DNA from: Zygnema circumcarinatum SAG 698-1b
Taxonomy: Eukaryota > Plantae > Zygnematophyceae
Assembly (NCBI GenBank): GCA_037447605.1
Contig: CM074806.1
Location: 4,030,001 to 4,094,000 of the forward strand
DNA length: 64,000 nt
Direction of reading: 5' to 3'
In this document: positions 17,801 to 31,797 of the stretch, piece after piece
Layout of the letters: the number at the start of each line of letters is the position of its first letter
How positions within the stretch are numbered: position 1 is the stretch's first letter
Translations under genes and position numbers: made by a program
Notes under the pieces: generated by a model
Seen by the model: only the letters and a program-made list of their open reading frames with translations
Databases searched by the model: none
What the model was told of the DNA's origin: nothing

Positions 17801-20800
17801 CTTTGGCCAGAACAAAGACTTGTGGTCAGAAAAGAGCAAGAAACATGTAGGTTATATCCTTGCTAATAAACGAACCAGGAATACTTAATTGAAAAATACA
17901 AGGTTCTCGGTTCTCAGCATGGAAAAGCCACTTACAGTTTCAAGCACCTCGATTTCTTGCAGCTGCAGCGCCTGCATTCCCCAGCCTCCTTCACCCTGTG
18001 TATGCCCCACCTATATGCATCACACGCTGGCCTGACGAGAAACATGATCGTTCGTTTTAAGCTCCAGTTGATTGTTAGAAAGGTCAGTCATTGTCAGGGA
18101 ATAGATTCATAATACAAACATGCTGAGGTTATCTGCTTTAACAAGTAAGGTATTCGGTTGGGGTCAGGATTTCAATAAAAACTAGGAACCCCTCCAAAAT
18201 CACTGACAAAAACTGCAAGACAGAATCGTTCAGAAGTTCAACTGGTGCTGAGTAAAAGCGGGATTCCAACCCAGCTAAAGTTGGCAGATTACGACAGATT
18301 CAACCTGCAGTTGGCATATTTAGTTTCACCTTTTAAGTAAAACACCCTAGCTCCATGCAAAGATAAGCAACGCAATTCACCTCTTCTTGCCATTTGAACT
18401 CCGACTCGTCTCCTCGCCTTCAGTATTATCCATCTCCATGGTGCCATACTCTACAGATAGGCGCTTCACTCCATTTCCGGCCATAACGCCAGGGTGTTCT
18501 GCCACGTTATCCTCCCAGCTGTGAACACTGACTGTCTCCAAGCCGCGCACAATCATCTTCCCCGACCCCATGAGCGACCCTGATATTGGCGTGGATCCTG
18601 CACGATCACCTGTCTGTTGGATTGAATCAGGAGAAGCTGCAACTTGTCTCGCAAGAGCCCCCAAAATTGAACTTTGGGAGAAGTTTGTCTGATGATCATG
18701 AAGAGATTGTGAGGTCCCGCAGATTCCAGAAGGTTGTTGCATTGTAAGATCACTACTCGAAGGTGTATCAGCCAAGTCTTCTACAGGTTGCGCCGCAGTG
18801 AGTATAGCCAAGTCTTCCGAGAAACACCAGGACGAAGGCGTGTCTGAATCTCCTCCCACCACTGACATGCCTTGGCTTGTACCAGACATTGAAGCCTCCA
18901 CCTGAGATACTCCAGCTGGAGCTGGAGTTCGGCAAATGGAATGGAGAGGGGGAGCGGCGGGTTGACCCAGAAGGGAGTCCTTGAAAGCTATGGCCCTTAC
19001 TGCCTTCATCGTGTTCGCACTTCGAGAACCAGGACGAGAGGATGTTATCAGCAGATGCTGCGAATCGTTTATGTGTGCTGTACTGGAAACTTGTAAGCCA
19101 TTTGCCTCAGTAGCATTTGCGGAAGCACGTAACACATGACGATCTGCTGAATTTTGCAGATTCTGCTGCGCGCCTTCTCCAGAGTTTATGCTCCCACCTG
19201 CAAGTTTAAATGGGGAAGACCGTAGCCAGTCGGATGACTCCGCTGCAGCCTGGGGATCTGGTTCAACAACGTCATACCCACGTTCCTCAAAACCGTTTCC
19301 TATGACTTCGTGAGGTCCAGCTTCATCAACAACCAATAACGCGTCCCTGCTAGACGAGACAGGTGCAGACATGTAGCTCCCACTCCAATTCGCAGTGCGA
19401 GGCTCTTCTACACTTATTGAGCGCTGAGCATGCTCCACTACTGGAACACATTCACTGGAATTACACACAATTCCAGGATCTTCTGATTTGGAAGCAAACG
19501 CTGTGGTCGTGGCAGGGGAATCTCCTTCCAGAATCTTCGACGCAATAGCCTGCTCTGTACCGTCCACAGGAGCAAGCAAGGCTGCCGACGGAGCATGCTG
19601 AACCTTCAACTGCTGGCTGGTGCATTTCAATAAATTACCATCCTTTGTGTGTTTTGTCATCTGCAGAAAATGGCTTCAGAATTTCAGATACATCACAAAC
19701 AAAATATACTGGCAGCACCACAGTCAATGCTGTTAGAAGCTTCTCGATGGACTGCACTACTCCAAAAAGCGAAATCACAGCATGTCTGTCAACAGAGTGG
19801 GCAGCTAAACTCGCTTCAAGACCATAACAACATTCATACAACAGAAGAAGCTCACTACAAATAGGCAAGTCATTCCCACTGAACAAAAAAGAAAAATGAA
19901 AACCGTATTTGTCGTCTAAAATTTTTGACAATATGGAGGAAAGAGCTTTTCGAATGGCTTTACTTGCGGTGGTGTTTGAGGTTCTCCATCATTGCCTGAA
20001 CAATATCCAGATCCCCGGTGAGGATGGCCTGGCTCAATTGCAGAGAGGTTGCGACCTCTGCATCCAGAGAGGTGTTTTTGTCACAAAAAAGGAAGGATTG
20101 TAACCCTTCCCGCAGATAGCCGAGCTTAGTGAAGCACAATATCATGCACATATTTGCACGTCGGCTGGGATGGAGGGGCACTCGTGAGTATACTTCAGCT
20201 ACTTATGAAAATCCAGTGCACATTCGTTTGCAGCATGTGCTGCTGTCACATAAAATGGAGAACAACCAGTCCATATAAACTGTGCCGCGTTTTTCCCAAA
20301 CCGCATGTGTCAACTATCATGCAATGACTCTTTTTCAGAGGCAATACATGCACATGCTCGTTCTCAAGTTCAAACCGCCGGTTCCACCAGGAATTTTCAA
20401 CACATTATTACCTCCTAAAACGGCTTGCAAACAAAGTTGCCCAAAAACAAGGGTTACAGGCTAAGATCCTTTGACAAAGCCACACCTTCGAGGCCGGGGC
20501 CGCCGCTGAAGTGGAGAAACGAAAATGGTTGGAGGCAGTTGTGTGAGCGCAGAAAGGTCTTGGTACACTTGCGGATGGAATGCCTTTGTTGGTCGGATTG
20601 GGGATAAGTGATCGAAAATCGCTCCAAACGGAGACTCTCCACATGAGGAATCCTGGTTTGAATAGCAACCGGATACAACAATCAAATCAGCGAATGAAGA
20701 AAAAGATGGGAGCAAAACACAAATCACTTATCAGGAATGTTGCTATGATTGAAGAGATTTTTCAGTGACAAAAGGATAAGGATGCTGAACAGGGACTCTC

Positions 20801-21323
20801 CAAGTGCAATGGAAAAAAAGCTTTCATATTCTGTCTTTTTGAGAACTTCTCAAACCGTATATTGAGAAAGCAATCCTGCGACTCCTTTTTCGAAATGATT
20901 TCATCATAAAAACTTCATGCAGCCAGACACAGTGGGCTATAGCATGTCTATGCAAATCGGTGACTGACAAGCTCCTTGCTCCGCCAATTCGTTGACACCC
21001 TAGACCTAATGTTTTAAAACATTAGGCCCAACTCCGACAAGAAACACTACACTGTCGAGGAGTCAAGACTCATTTTCGATACGTTATTCCTCTCCGTTTC
21101 CTGTCTAGCTCCTTGCAAAGCAACGAATCATCACTGCAGCAGACAATTGGAGGAGAAGCAGAAGGCCTAGTTGAAGGTCTTGAGCAGATCTGAGACAATC
21201 AGGCTGAATAATCCGTTGCATGGCATGGAAGTAAACAGAGCGTATAAAAAGGCTGCAAAAAAGAAGACTAAATACCTGTGCAGAGGAGCCAGTTATTGGA
21301 TGTTGACGTTCAGGAGAGTCCAT
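14829..21323 (-). CDS. TCX: Tesmin/TSO1-like CXC (CRC domain) protein, LIN54/TCX family (DREAM complex subunit)
   Basis: The N-terminus MDSPERQ...[18 protein letters not shown]...PPTIFVSP resembles TSO1. CXC1 is [14 protein letters not shown]|[22 protein letters not shown] (17990-17480), the hinge is [13 protein letters not shown], and CXC2 is [22 protein letters not shown]|[19 protein letters not shown] (17150-16715). The C-terminus contains SPNKKRVSP. Long Ser-rich exons span 19660-18381 and ~15860-14829. Confidence 0.93.
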
Positions 21324-23160
21324 TTTCCAAATCGACTCGTCACGAGAATCAAAGATCAATCTTGATCTGCTTGAAGGCCCTTGCACGAATCTGTTTGCAC
21401 GGCTTCCTGGTTTTCTTATCCTAAAGATGCAACGAAGTCTTCGCAAACCTTACTTTCATCAACTTCAGGTATTCCCGTGAAAAAGGTTCTAGCTGTGGAT
21501 TGATCCCACGACTCAGCAATGCTTTGCCTAGCCAATACTCAGTACCTCGGCATCACATGAAGCTCACATTGACTTCACCAAGCCCAACACCGTCCTAACA
21601 GACCCTCCTTTTCACACCTAAAGCCTAGCAGCGTCCTTCCAGACCTCCCCCCGCCTTCCAAACCTCCTCCTCCAAACACCCCTCCTCCAATACCCTCTCC
21701 AAAACAGCCCCCTCACTGCAACCCTACCGCTAAAGCCGCCGCCTTTGCAAGCCTACGCCTTCCCCCAAACCCTACCCTCTTCAGCCGCCACCACAGGCAC
21801 ACGTGTCAGCCGGCCGTCGGCCAGTCCCAGTCCTGCTGCCAGCCATGGATGGCCGCCCGCCCCCCTCCCAAAGCCGAGCCGCGTTTTCCCGCCCTTTACC
21901 AAAAGTGGGCGTCCCCTTGCCGCCCGGGCGGGCCGACTTGGCGCTATCCTCCCACGTCAAGCCCCACAACGACGGGAACCACGCGCCCGAATCGCATTGT
22001 GAACGGCTATGTGAGAACGCATTCGGGATCCGAAATAGTCGGAAAGGGGAAAGGAGGTTCGTGTGAATGGATATAGAAATGTGTTCACACGAGGGATTGG
22101 AAAGCGATTGTAGTGGGAACGGTTCAGGATTGAGCTAGATCGGGTCGTCGGCTAGCGGAAGTGGAAGCGCGTTTGGCGTACGGACGGAGACGGATTTCGG
22201 CGCTTCTGAGGGCGAGACAGGCGGTTACTGGGGCAGAAATGGGTCCATTTGAACAGATTTCGTACGGCGGGCGTTGACTACGGTGACGGTCGCGGTGCCT
22301 TCACAACGGATATCTTACGGGATATTTTAGGAAACGATTCAATGCGATACGATTCGATATCGAGTCCATTGGATTGCCGTTCGAGTGCAAGTTCTTGGGC
22401 GAAGGAATTTCTTGAACATTGTAATGTATTGTTGGCTCTTGACTTTGCATGTGTAATAGCGGCAGAAATTACAATCAACAGCGACATTCACAGTTCTTGT
22501 TGCGAAAATCATCTAGCTTTCGTAAGTGCTGGAAGGTCCGCTTATGACCAACGTTCACACTTTCACACTATTGCAATATAGTCATGCGCGTATGCAACAT
22601 CATAATTAGGATCAAGAATACCCGTTCTTAACTTTCAGTGACATCAAAACCACAAGAAACATGAAAGCCATCAAAGGCCAACAAATCCCAGGAACCGGCC
22701 ACAAATGACCTAAGGCCGAAAGAAAAAGCCATGAGCTGGGCCAATGCTTCGAGGCCAACAACAACGCGGCTCTTACCAGCAGCCGCCCAGGTCGCCGATG
22801 TGCGCCACGTGGCGCGCAGGGAGGAGCGGACGACCATCGGACGGCCGGCCACCAAGGAAGGTATCCAACGGGCGTTGAAGCAACTGACAATCTCAACGGC
22901 TATGGGAGCAGCCTCGCAGGCACAGTCGGTGGCGGTGGGGGGCGGTGTGCTCCGTACAGATGGAGAGCCGTGCCATTCAGATAGTGTGAACATGAACGGA
23001 CTATGAGTATGACCTATGAACACGAAGATCCATGCTTCTAGGCAACGCAACACGCCTCTAAGCCAAAGGGACCCATCCTGGTGGCAATGACAACATGAGA
23101 CTGCGTAAGCGGCACCATGGAGAACCCTATTTCCACAGCGCAGACGTCAGCAAAAGTGTG

Positions 23161-23947
23161 GTACCGTACGAATGGCGCTTGGACGACAGCCCGACAGGGC
23201 GGCCAACCGTCGTTAGCGACTGGACGCACAGAAATCGCCACATCGCAGGCGTATCGACCACTGGCCGACAGAGTCTGCCGGTGCCGGTGAAGCCGCCGCC
23301 GCCGGTACCGTACCGTACTTCCACACTCAAACTCTGCAGTGCAAAATCGAGTTTCGGGTGGTCGGCACAATCTGTGCCGGTCAGAGCCGATACGCCGGCG
23401 AAGTGGCGATATCTATATTTACTCACGACAAAACGGCAAAACGACAAATTTGCCGCCGTCCTCGCCGCTCCTCCTGGTGGTCGATGGCTCCTGATTGGGT
23501 CAATCGCTGATCGATCTGTCGGTGCTGCGACCCGTGAGTCACCAGGACGTTTCAACTTACCCAACCAGGGATTGCCACGTGCCACACACATGGCATGTTA
23601 TGATTGGTTTAGACGGAGTGGACAAATCTCCTCACTTGATTTCGTACGGTACAACCCAGGAGATTGCGGACGTTGACGTTGACCTCATTATCCGTACGTC
23701 AACCCTTCCGACAAATTTCCGTCGGGCATGTCAGGCCTACAGAAACGACAAACCTCGTCGCCCCCAGTCAGGCACGACGCCCAATTTACAATCTCCAAAA
23801 AAGGACAAAACACACTTGTGCGAATTTTTTGTTCCTCCAATAGGAGGCCTCCACGTGTATACGCGGGTCGACAACCGTACGCACTCTCGTCCGATTCTCC
23901 TGTCCGTACGCGAATTTCTGCAAGCCGCTGCGGAATTCTGGCCGTAC
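23161..23947. promoter_or_regulatory. CpG-rich upstream region with 11 GTAC cores (mostly CGTAC/GTACG), SBP-box-type sites
   Basis: GTAC at 23161, 23166, 23305, 23310, 23315, 23644, 23649, 23694, 23877, 23906 and 23944; about 3 expected by chance. Function is inferred. Confidence 0.45.
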
Positions 23948-24151
23948 GGCCTCGTTTGGCCGATGGCCAAACCTGCCGCCCCCCTCAGCCTCTCCTGCGC
24001 CGCCACCTGGCCAGCTGGAGCCATCGCCAAGTGGCATCCAGGGCCCCCCTTCAAAAGGAAGGCCCTCCCTCTCTCTTCCCCACCCGCTCCTCTCTGCCCT
24101 CTCGCTCTCCCTCCTCTCGGCCTCGCTCTACAGTCTCTCCCTCCCGCCGCC

Positions 24152-26381
<2,230 letters not shown>

Positions 26382-27521
26382 GAGCTGGGATGGAGTACTA
26401 AAAGACTCAGGGAAAGAAATTGAAAGGAACTGAAACTGTGGGGGAAGGGGGGGGTCAGAAATTAGGGTTGTGTAAAGTTTTTGAAAGATAGGGTTTGGAT
26501 CATAGGGCCCGTCTTCAATGGAGGGAGGACGGATGTTTTGGTGTGTGAGAGAGTGTACATTATTTTTTGGGTCAAACAGCTGAAACTTGAATCCTGAATT
26601 GGTGATTTCAGGTTTCGGCTGGCCCCTCGTAGAAAAAAGGATTTTGTATTCAACAGTAGAGCAACAGCAGTAGCAAGCAGTAATGATGCAGTTTGAAACG
26701 GCTTACTACGGTGACGATTGGAGAAAAATTGGAATCAATAATTGGATTTTTTTTTTATATATATATGTTGGGTGGATTAGATCACTACCTTTAAAAATTG
26801 TCAGCGTTCATTGATATGCTGTCTCAGGTGGAGGGAAAGGGAGAGCGATAGGGATTGAGAGAGGAGGAGAGAGAGAGATGTAGGTCTGAGGGAGGCAGTG
26901 AAGAGAATGCTTTGAAAAGTAATCAATTAATCTTTTGAATTTCCACATCAACTTCATACATTTTCACCGATGATCCTCTAAGCCCATTTCCTCCTGTACC
27001 AAAGCTTCTACAATTTACATATAAACTTGATTACATAAACTACCCAAAATTGTGAGACCCGACAAGTTGTGTCTCTGTCCTACTTGAGCAAAGTAGACAG
27101 CTCCTATGTACATATTCCAGTGTGTATTGACTCACACCTTCCTATGAAAACGGCATCCTCTACACACTAATATAGGTAAGGATGAGCTACTCTAATCGCC
27201 CTACAACTGTACCTACGGTTGGCAAAACCCAGTATCTTGCCAAAGCGCTACAAATAGTATTAACAGTTCTGAGATCAGATGTCTGATTTAGCAGAGGTGA
27301 GTGCCTCCGTCACTAGTCAAAATCATTTGCTTTTGATCCCAACAATCTGGAATCCTAACAATGTACAAAATGCTAAGCTGCTTTCAATCTTTAGCTGAAA
27401 GGCGCAGCCACCTGGCCCACCTTGCGGTGAAGGTGCATACCTGTTGTTATTTTTCTCGTCAACATTCTTCTCTCCCAGAAAAAAATGAATCGTTTGAGCA
27501 GCCTGTTGCTCAGTCCTAACC

Positions 27522-30500
27522 CTAAAACACCGATGCCAATTGGGTGTATGAAGCCTTCAAAAGGGCGAGACTTTCGTCGACGATCGCATCGAGCATGCCT
27601 TGCAGGGGATTGTCCATGTCGACAGTGAAGGTTGTAGACAAGTCGGTCCCCGCCATTACTAAGCTTACAGATCCTCCAACAGAAACTGTGGCTGGTGTCA
27701 TTTCAAAGTTGAAGGAAAGCGAGGTCAAGGCGAAGTAGCTGTCGTTCTCCAAGCTATGTGTGATGTTGAGGATGGTGTCGAGGACGCTGTCAAGCTCATC
27801 GAAGGTTTTATCCACCGCATTCTGCAACGCAGGACGAATCCAACACCAATTTCAGCGTGGAGAATTACTTCCCGGGCCGCAGACAAACGAAGCCGCTCTC
27901 TGATCACCCGACTGTTTGCATGCATGCAAGCTCGTCCCCCACTCCCCACACATACACCATATTGCGCCTTTCCCACACACTCTCCTCCCCTTCCCCCTCC
28001 CCCTCCCCCTCCCCAAGCTTTCATGTTCACAGCTTGTGCTCCAGGACCACTCCCAACGACTGATCCAAAGAGCCAAGCACTCCATCCCATCACCCCTCCC
28101 ACCCTCCCCTCCACGCACCTGCACCTGCACATGCACATGCACGCACATGCACATGCACATGCACATGCACGCACATGCACATGCACATGCACCTGCACAT
28201 GCACATGCACCTGCACATGCACATGCACCTGCACCTGCACCTGCACTCGCACTCCCACCCACCTGCGCTGCAACGAGCGAGCTGTTGGCCGCCTTGAGCG
28301 CCGTCCCTGCCGCGTTGACAGCGGCCGCCTCCGCCCCGTCCAGCACGCTGTTCGCGACCCCCTGCGCGGCCTCCAATGCGCCGTTGGCCGCCCTCAGGGC
28401 GCCCGCCAGCGCCCCCTCCAGGACCGCGTCCGCAGCCTCCTCCGCCGCGCTCACAGCGGCCGAGGCCGCCGCGAGCGCTGCGGCCTCCGTACCGTTCAGT
28501 ACGGCGGAGACCGCGCCCTGGGCTTTGGTCAGGGTGGTCTGGGCAGCACTTAGGGTTTTGCCCACGGCAGAGGAGAGGACGTTGTTCAGGAGGTATTGGG
28601 CGGCGTCCAGGGCGAGGTCGCCGGTTGCTTTGGCGGCTTGAAGGATGGGGAGTTCGGCGGCGTATTGGCAGTAGCAGCAGAAGCAGACGTCGCAGCCCCA
28701 GATGCAGAGTTTTTGGCAGTTGCAGGTGTTGTCTTGGCCCTTGGTGATCATACTCTGCAGGTTGTTGACGGTGAGTTTTGCGGCTGCGAGTTGCTGGTTG
28801 CAAGATATGGAGAAGTTGTTGTAGCTGCATGAGGAGGAGAAAGGGAGAATACGGAGGATGAGTGAGAAAGTTGAGATTGTTGGATAAAGATTGACAGATG
28901 TGAGGGGAGAGGGAAACAGCATATGGTCGTTCGGGAAATGGAGAACGCCGATAAGCATCATGCTTTCATGTTTAAAAATCATGGGAAAGTGTGACGACTT
29001 TAGGAAAGGGTACTCACTTATCTTGAGCAGCTTCCAAAATGTTGGAAGCATCGTTCAAAATTTTAGTGGCCTTTGCATATGCATCGTCAAAAGCCGTTTC
29101 TGCCTCTGCTTCCGCCAATTTCACCGTTGCTAAAACATCCTTTACCTTTGCATCAGCTGCATCAAAGATAGCCTGCGCTGCAAGGACTGTTGTTTGAGCA
29201 GTCTCATACTCTGCATTTATCTGAGAAAAACACCAACAACTTCTTATCAGAAGGATTGCATTCAGTTTAAAAGTTCATGATCACAAGGGAAGACTCTCCT
29301 TGCATTATGTTAGCCATCATAGACATGTGACAAAATACCGCCTTGAGGAGTTGCTTTCTAGTTACTTGCCTTTGCTTGCGCTGCATCAAAATCTGCTTCA
29401 GCTTCTGCGAGAGCATTTTCAGCCGCCTGTAGCTCGGCCTCTTGCTGTGCAATAAACTCGTCGGCAGACGCTTCAGTGGAGTTCAGGACGCTCGCCAGTT
29501 TCTTTACTGATGCTTCAATTGCACCGAGCTGAGAGGTGATGGGTGCGAGCACTAAGCCTCGCAAGATCTGCAGGAGAACCAATGATTTGGGTCCCCATTA
29601 GATTCAATAGTTTCCCAGCGGCGATATTTATAGTCTATCGTACAAAATGTTCTAGACCGGATTGACGTACATTCTTTTATAATTTCAAATGGTATCTCTT
29701 TTTGTACTTTAAAATCATTGAGTAAACGGCGGCATATGAAGGCACACACATTGCACTTGCACAGAATGATCGGTGGTGGAAAGTTCGGCACTCACATCAG
29801 AGAGTACTGTTGTATTTACAGTAACAGCAAAAATAGTACTTTGGCCGTATGGCCCGAGGAAGAGCTCCACTGTCGTTGGAAGCACTGAGAAGAGATTCAC
29901 TTCTCCCGTTACAAACAGCCCCTCGGGCACCACTTGGGGGGACTCGATGTCTTCGGCCGAAAAGGAAATTGAAGCGCTTGGAACGACAAGGTTGAAGGCC
30001 CCCAAGTCTACGCTGATGCCCAACTGCCCGAGCGCAGCTTGAAGGGAGAACGATTGCACCTCCATCAGCAGTGCCGATGGGGCAGGCAAAGTTCTCAAGT
30101 CGTACACTATCAGTTGCGTCGCATTCATCCCCAGAATGGACTCCTGCATCGGGGAGGAGTGGGGGTGGAGAGAGAGTGATAGAGAGTGAGAGTGAGTGAG
30201 AGAGAGGGTTGAGTACAACAGTGCATTGGAATTTCCCAGGAAGGTTCAAGAATAGACAAGGGGTCTACACTCCTTTGTGAGACTAAAAATCTTTCAACGT
30301 TGATTTCTCTCACCTGTGCCATCAGTGCAATGTCGAGATCACCGCTGTTGACATCGAGAGTTGCTTGGAGCTCGAAGTCGCTGATGGCAATAAACGGAAA
30401 CAGAGGCAGAGAATACGTCGTCAAGCATGTGGCGGTGATGGTCAACGTTGTCTCACTCTCTTCGAGGACCATGGCGGCTCCCACAAAGAAATCCAGAGAG

Positions 30501-31749
30501 CTTTCAACGCCGGGGAGGGCAACCCCAATAGTGAAGTTTCCACCGAGCGTGATGCTCTCAGTTGCGCTGTCGAGGTCCAGATCGAATGCGATCACTGAGA
30601 AAGGCGGAAAAAAAAAACGAAGGGGGTCATTTATTTGATGATACCTCCGACCGGTTAAGATTCAAACGATGAGTATTTCAAAAGGTTGAGATCTGCTGTT
30701 TCAATGAAATATTTGACAGAAAGTGGAGGGCTTACAGCCAGGGCCTGTGAAGGGCTCAGGAAGAGTTAGGAGCCATTTCTTGGAGGTCCCAAAATTGATT
30801 CCATTAATCGCATCAGCTGTGAGCAAGATGTCGCTTGAATCAACTCCGAGAAGCGAGAGTGCCTGCATCAATCCATCCAATTCATTGATAATATGAGCAA
30901 CCGAGTATGATGAGCGTTGACATGGAATATTTGGAGGCGCGTTAAAGTGCAAAGGACCTTAAAAACTTCAGCTTTGTGCTCATGACCATTTACGGCTGTA
31001 ACGGAATGATTCAAGAAATGGAGAGAGAGACATAGGAAGAAGGTGCTATCAAATCCGAAGGAACAAGAAGCAAAGTAAGCAGGATCAAATAAAAAACTCA
31101 CATTTGTTAACACTGTGCTGCTATTCATGTTGGGCTCCGCAGTGATACTGAAATTTGAACCTGCTGCATAGCTCATAGAGACATCGGAGAAGATAAAAGG
31201 ATCAAGAAACTTGAAAAGGAACTCCGGAGTTCCAGGGAAAAGTCCTCTCAGGACGCTGCTAAGATTCACATCTTCAGCAGTCAACGAAGCAGTGAGGTTG
31301 TTTCCCGATCCACCGTATGTGAACGCCGTCTGAAAACATCAAGAATATGAAACATGCATGTGCAAGGTTAAATAGCTGCCATACTTTCTCCATTCAAGCC
31401 CTTGGTACTATCTGGAACAATCATCTAATGAGCTAACAAGCAGATTCCACCCAAGCACATGCACGTGATGCGGCGGCCGGCAAAGAAACTTGCCTGTAAT
31501 TCAATGTCAAAAAGTGTCGCATTGAAAGTCCCTTGCAGCCCCACATTTGCAATGGCTGCTAGAGAGACTCCCTCCGTAGTGAAGTTCTTCAAAGCGGGGA
31601 TAGGCTGCCATGGTCCGTACACCTGCAGTCCAACAATCTCTGGATCAGTCTTAAGTTTTCTTATTGAAGGTCCAGCGTCAACCGAGCCGTCTTCAACTTG
31701 TGTGTGTCGTTAGAGAAGTTGGAGTGAGCGAGTGTGTGAGAGAGAGAGA

Positions 31750-31797
<48 letters not shown>

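Noticed and set aside
22249-23676. Cluster of overlapping 90-190 aa ORFs
   Set aside because: GC-rich intergenic DNA with no domain similarity, splice structure or transposase/RT motifs; treated as promoter sequence.
27725-28832. Several overlapping ORFs in alternative frames and on the antisense strand
   Set aside because: Shadows of a GC-rich Ala-coding exon plus the hexamer repeat. Codon bias and splice phase favour a single frame.
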